Assembly: GCA_040954595.2 (NCBI GenBank)
Contig: CM082577.2
Coordinates: 11,379,654 to 11,443,653 of the forward strand
DNA length: 64,000 nt
Origin: Balanoglossus misakiensis
Taxonomy: Eukaryota; Animalia; Hemichordata
Direction of reading: 5' to 3'
The translations under genes were made by a program, and so were the position numbers. This document shows positions 63,344 through 64,000 of the stretch, one piece after another (within the stretch, counting starts at the first letter, position 1; every line of letters begins with the position of its first letter). The notes under the pieces were generated by a model. It did no database searches, was not told the DNA's origin, and saw only the letters and a list, made by a program, of their open reading frames with translations.

Positions 63344-64000
63344 CTATGTACTGTCAAGTGATTTGGTGTGGATGGCCATATGCCTTTTTAGGTTCCCAGA
63401 CTGGGAGAAACATTTACCACACGTTTTGCATTCATAAGGCTTTTCATTGGTATGATTTCGCTGATGGACTTTTAGATGTGACCGCGAGGAAAAACATTTA
63501 CCACATGTTTTGCATTCATATGGTCTATCGTGGGTATGGACTCTCATGTGTGTTTTTAAGGTCGAACTGTGGGGAAAACATTTACCACATGTTTTGCATT
63601 CATATGGCTTTTCATTGGTATGGACTCTCATGTGTGTTGTTAAATTCCCCCTGTGGGAGAAACATTTGCCACATACTTTGCATTCATGTGGCTTTTCATT
63701 GGTATGGATTGCCATGTGTGTTGTTAAGGTCCCATTCTGGGAGAAACATTTTCCACATACTTTGCATTCATGAGGCTTTTCATTGGTATGAATTCTCATG
63801 TGTATTGTTAGGGAGCCTTTCCTGGTGAAACATTTTCCACATACTGTGCATTCATGAGGCTTTTCATTGGTATGGACTCTCATGTGATTTGTTAAAATCC
63901 CACTCTGGGAGAAACATTTTCCACATACTTTGCATTCATGAGGCTTTTCATTGGTATGGACTCTCATGTGTGTTGTTAAATCCCCCCTGTGGGAGAAACA
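63344..64000 (-). CDS. Tandem C2H2 (Kruppel-like) zinc-finger protein, 5'-partial
   Basis: Seven complete CxxC-x12-HxxxH fingers with TNEKP(H/Y)E linkers plus a partial finger ([12 protein letters not shown]) running off the window end; TAG at 63346-63344. Confidence 0.93.
   Translation of the reverse strand, partial: CFSHRGDLTTHMRVHTNEKPHECKVCGKCFSQSGILTNHMRVHTNEKPHECTVCGKCFTRKGSLTIHMRIHTNEKPHECKVCGKCFSQNGTLTTHMAIHTNEKPHECKVCGKCFSHRGNLTTHMRVHTNEKPYECKTCGKCFPHSSTLKTHMRVHTHDRPYECKTCGKCFSSRSHLKVHQRNHTNEKPYECKTCGKCFSQSGNLKRHMAIHTKSLDST

Noticed and set aside
63334-63828. Plus-strand 164-aa repetitive ORF
   Set aside because: Antisense shadow of the zinc-finger array.

Overview
Intron-rich, AT-rich eukaryotic DNA, most likely from a marine invertebrate bilaterian (the taxon cannot be fixed from sequence alone). 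Reading splice sites by hand gives these genes in order: (1) the 3' part of a SUN-domain nuclear-envelope (LINC) gene on + whose first in-window exon is a 3.5-kb coiled-coil exon; (2) tail-to-tail with it, a complete 12-coding-exon DMC1 meiotic recombinase on - (340 aa) with one U12-type minor intron; (3) head-to-head with DMC1, SNU13/15.5K on + (128 aa); (4) a complete SLC8/NCX Na+/Ca2+ exchanger on + (803 aa core) with several candidate in-frame microexons; (5) an intact U2 snRNA gene; (6) an MPV17/PMP22-family (MPV17L-like) gene; (7) the 3' end of a tandem C2H2 zinc-finger gene on -. Introns and spacers carry many small non-autonomous DNA elements (Tc1/mariner-, hAT-, piggyBac-, Kolobok-, Harbinger- and MULE-like by ends and TSDs, two of them nested), a Helentron-associated element with ~146-bp tandem repeats, microsatellites and long G/C homopolymers. 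Best leads: a kink-turn-like hairpin enclosing an ATG-TAA 'poison' acceptor in SNU13 intron 1 (possible autoregulation), the very long SUN coiled coil, the NCX microexon cluster and the SUN-DMC1-SNU13 linkage. All gene models are manual and not checked against transcripts.
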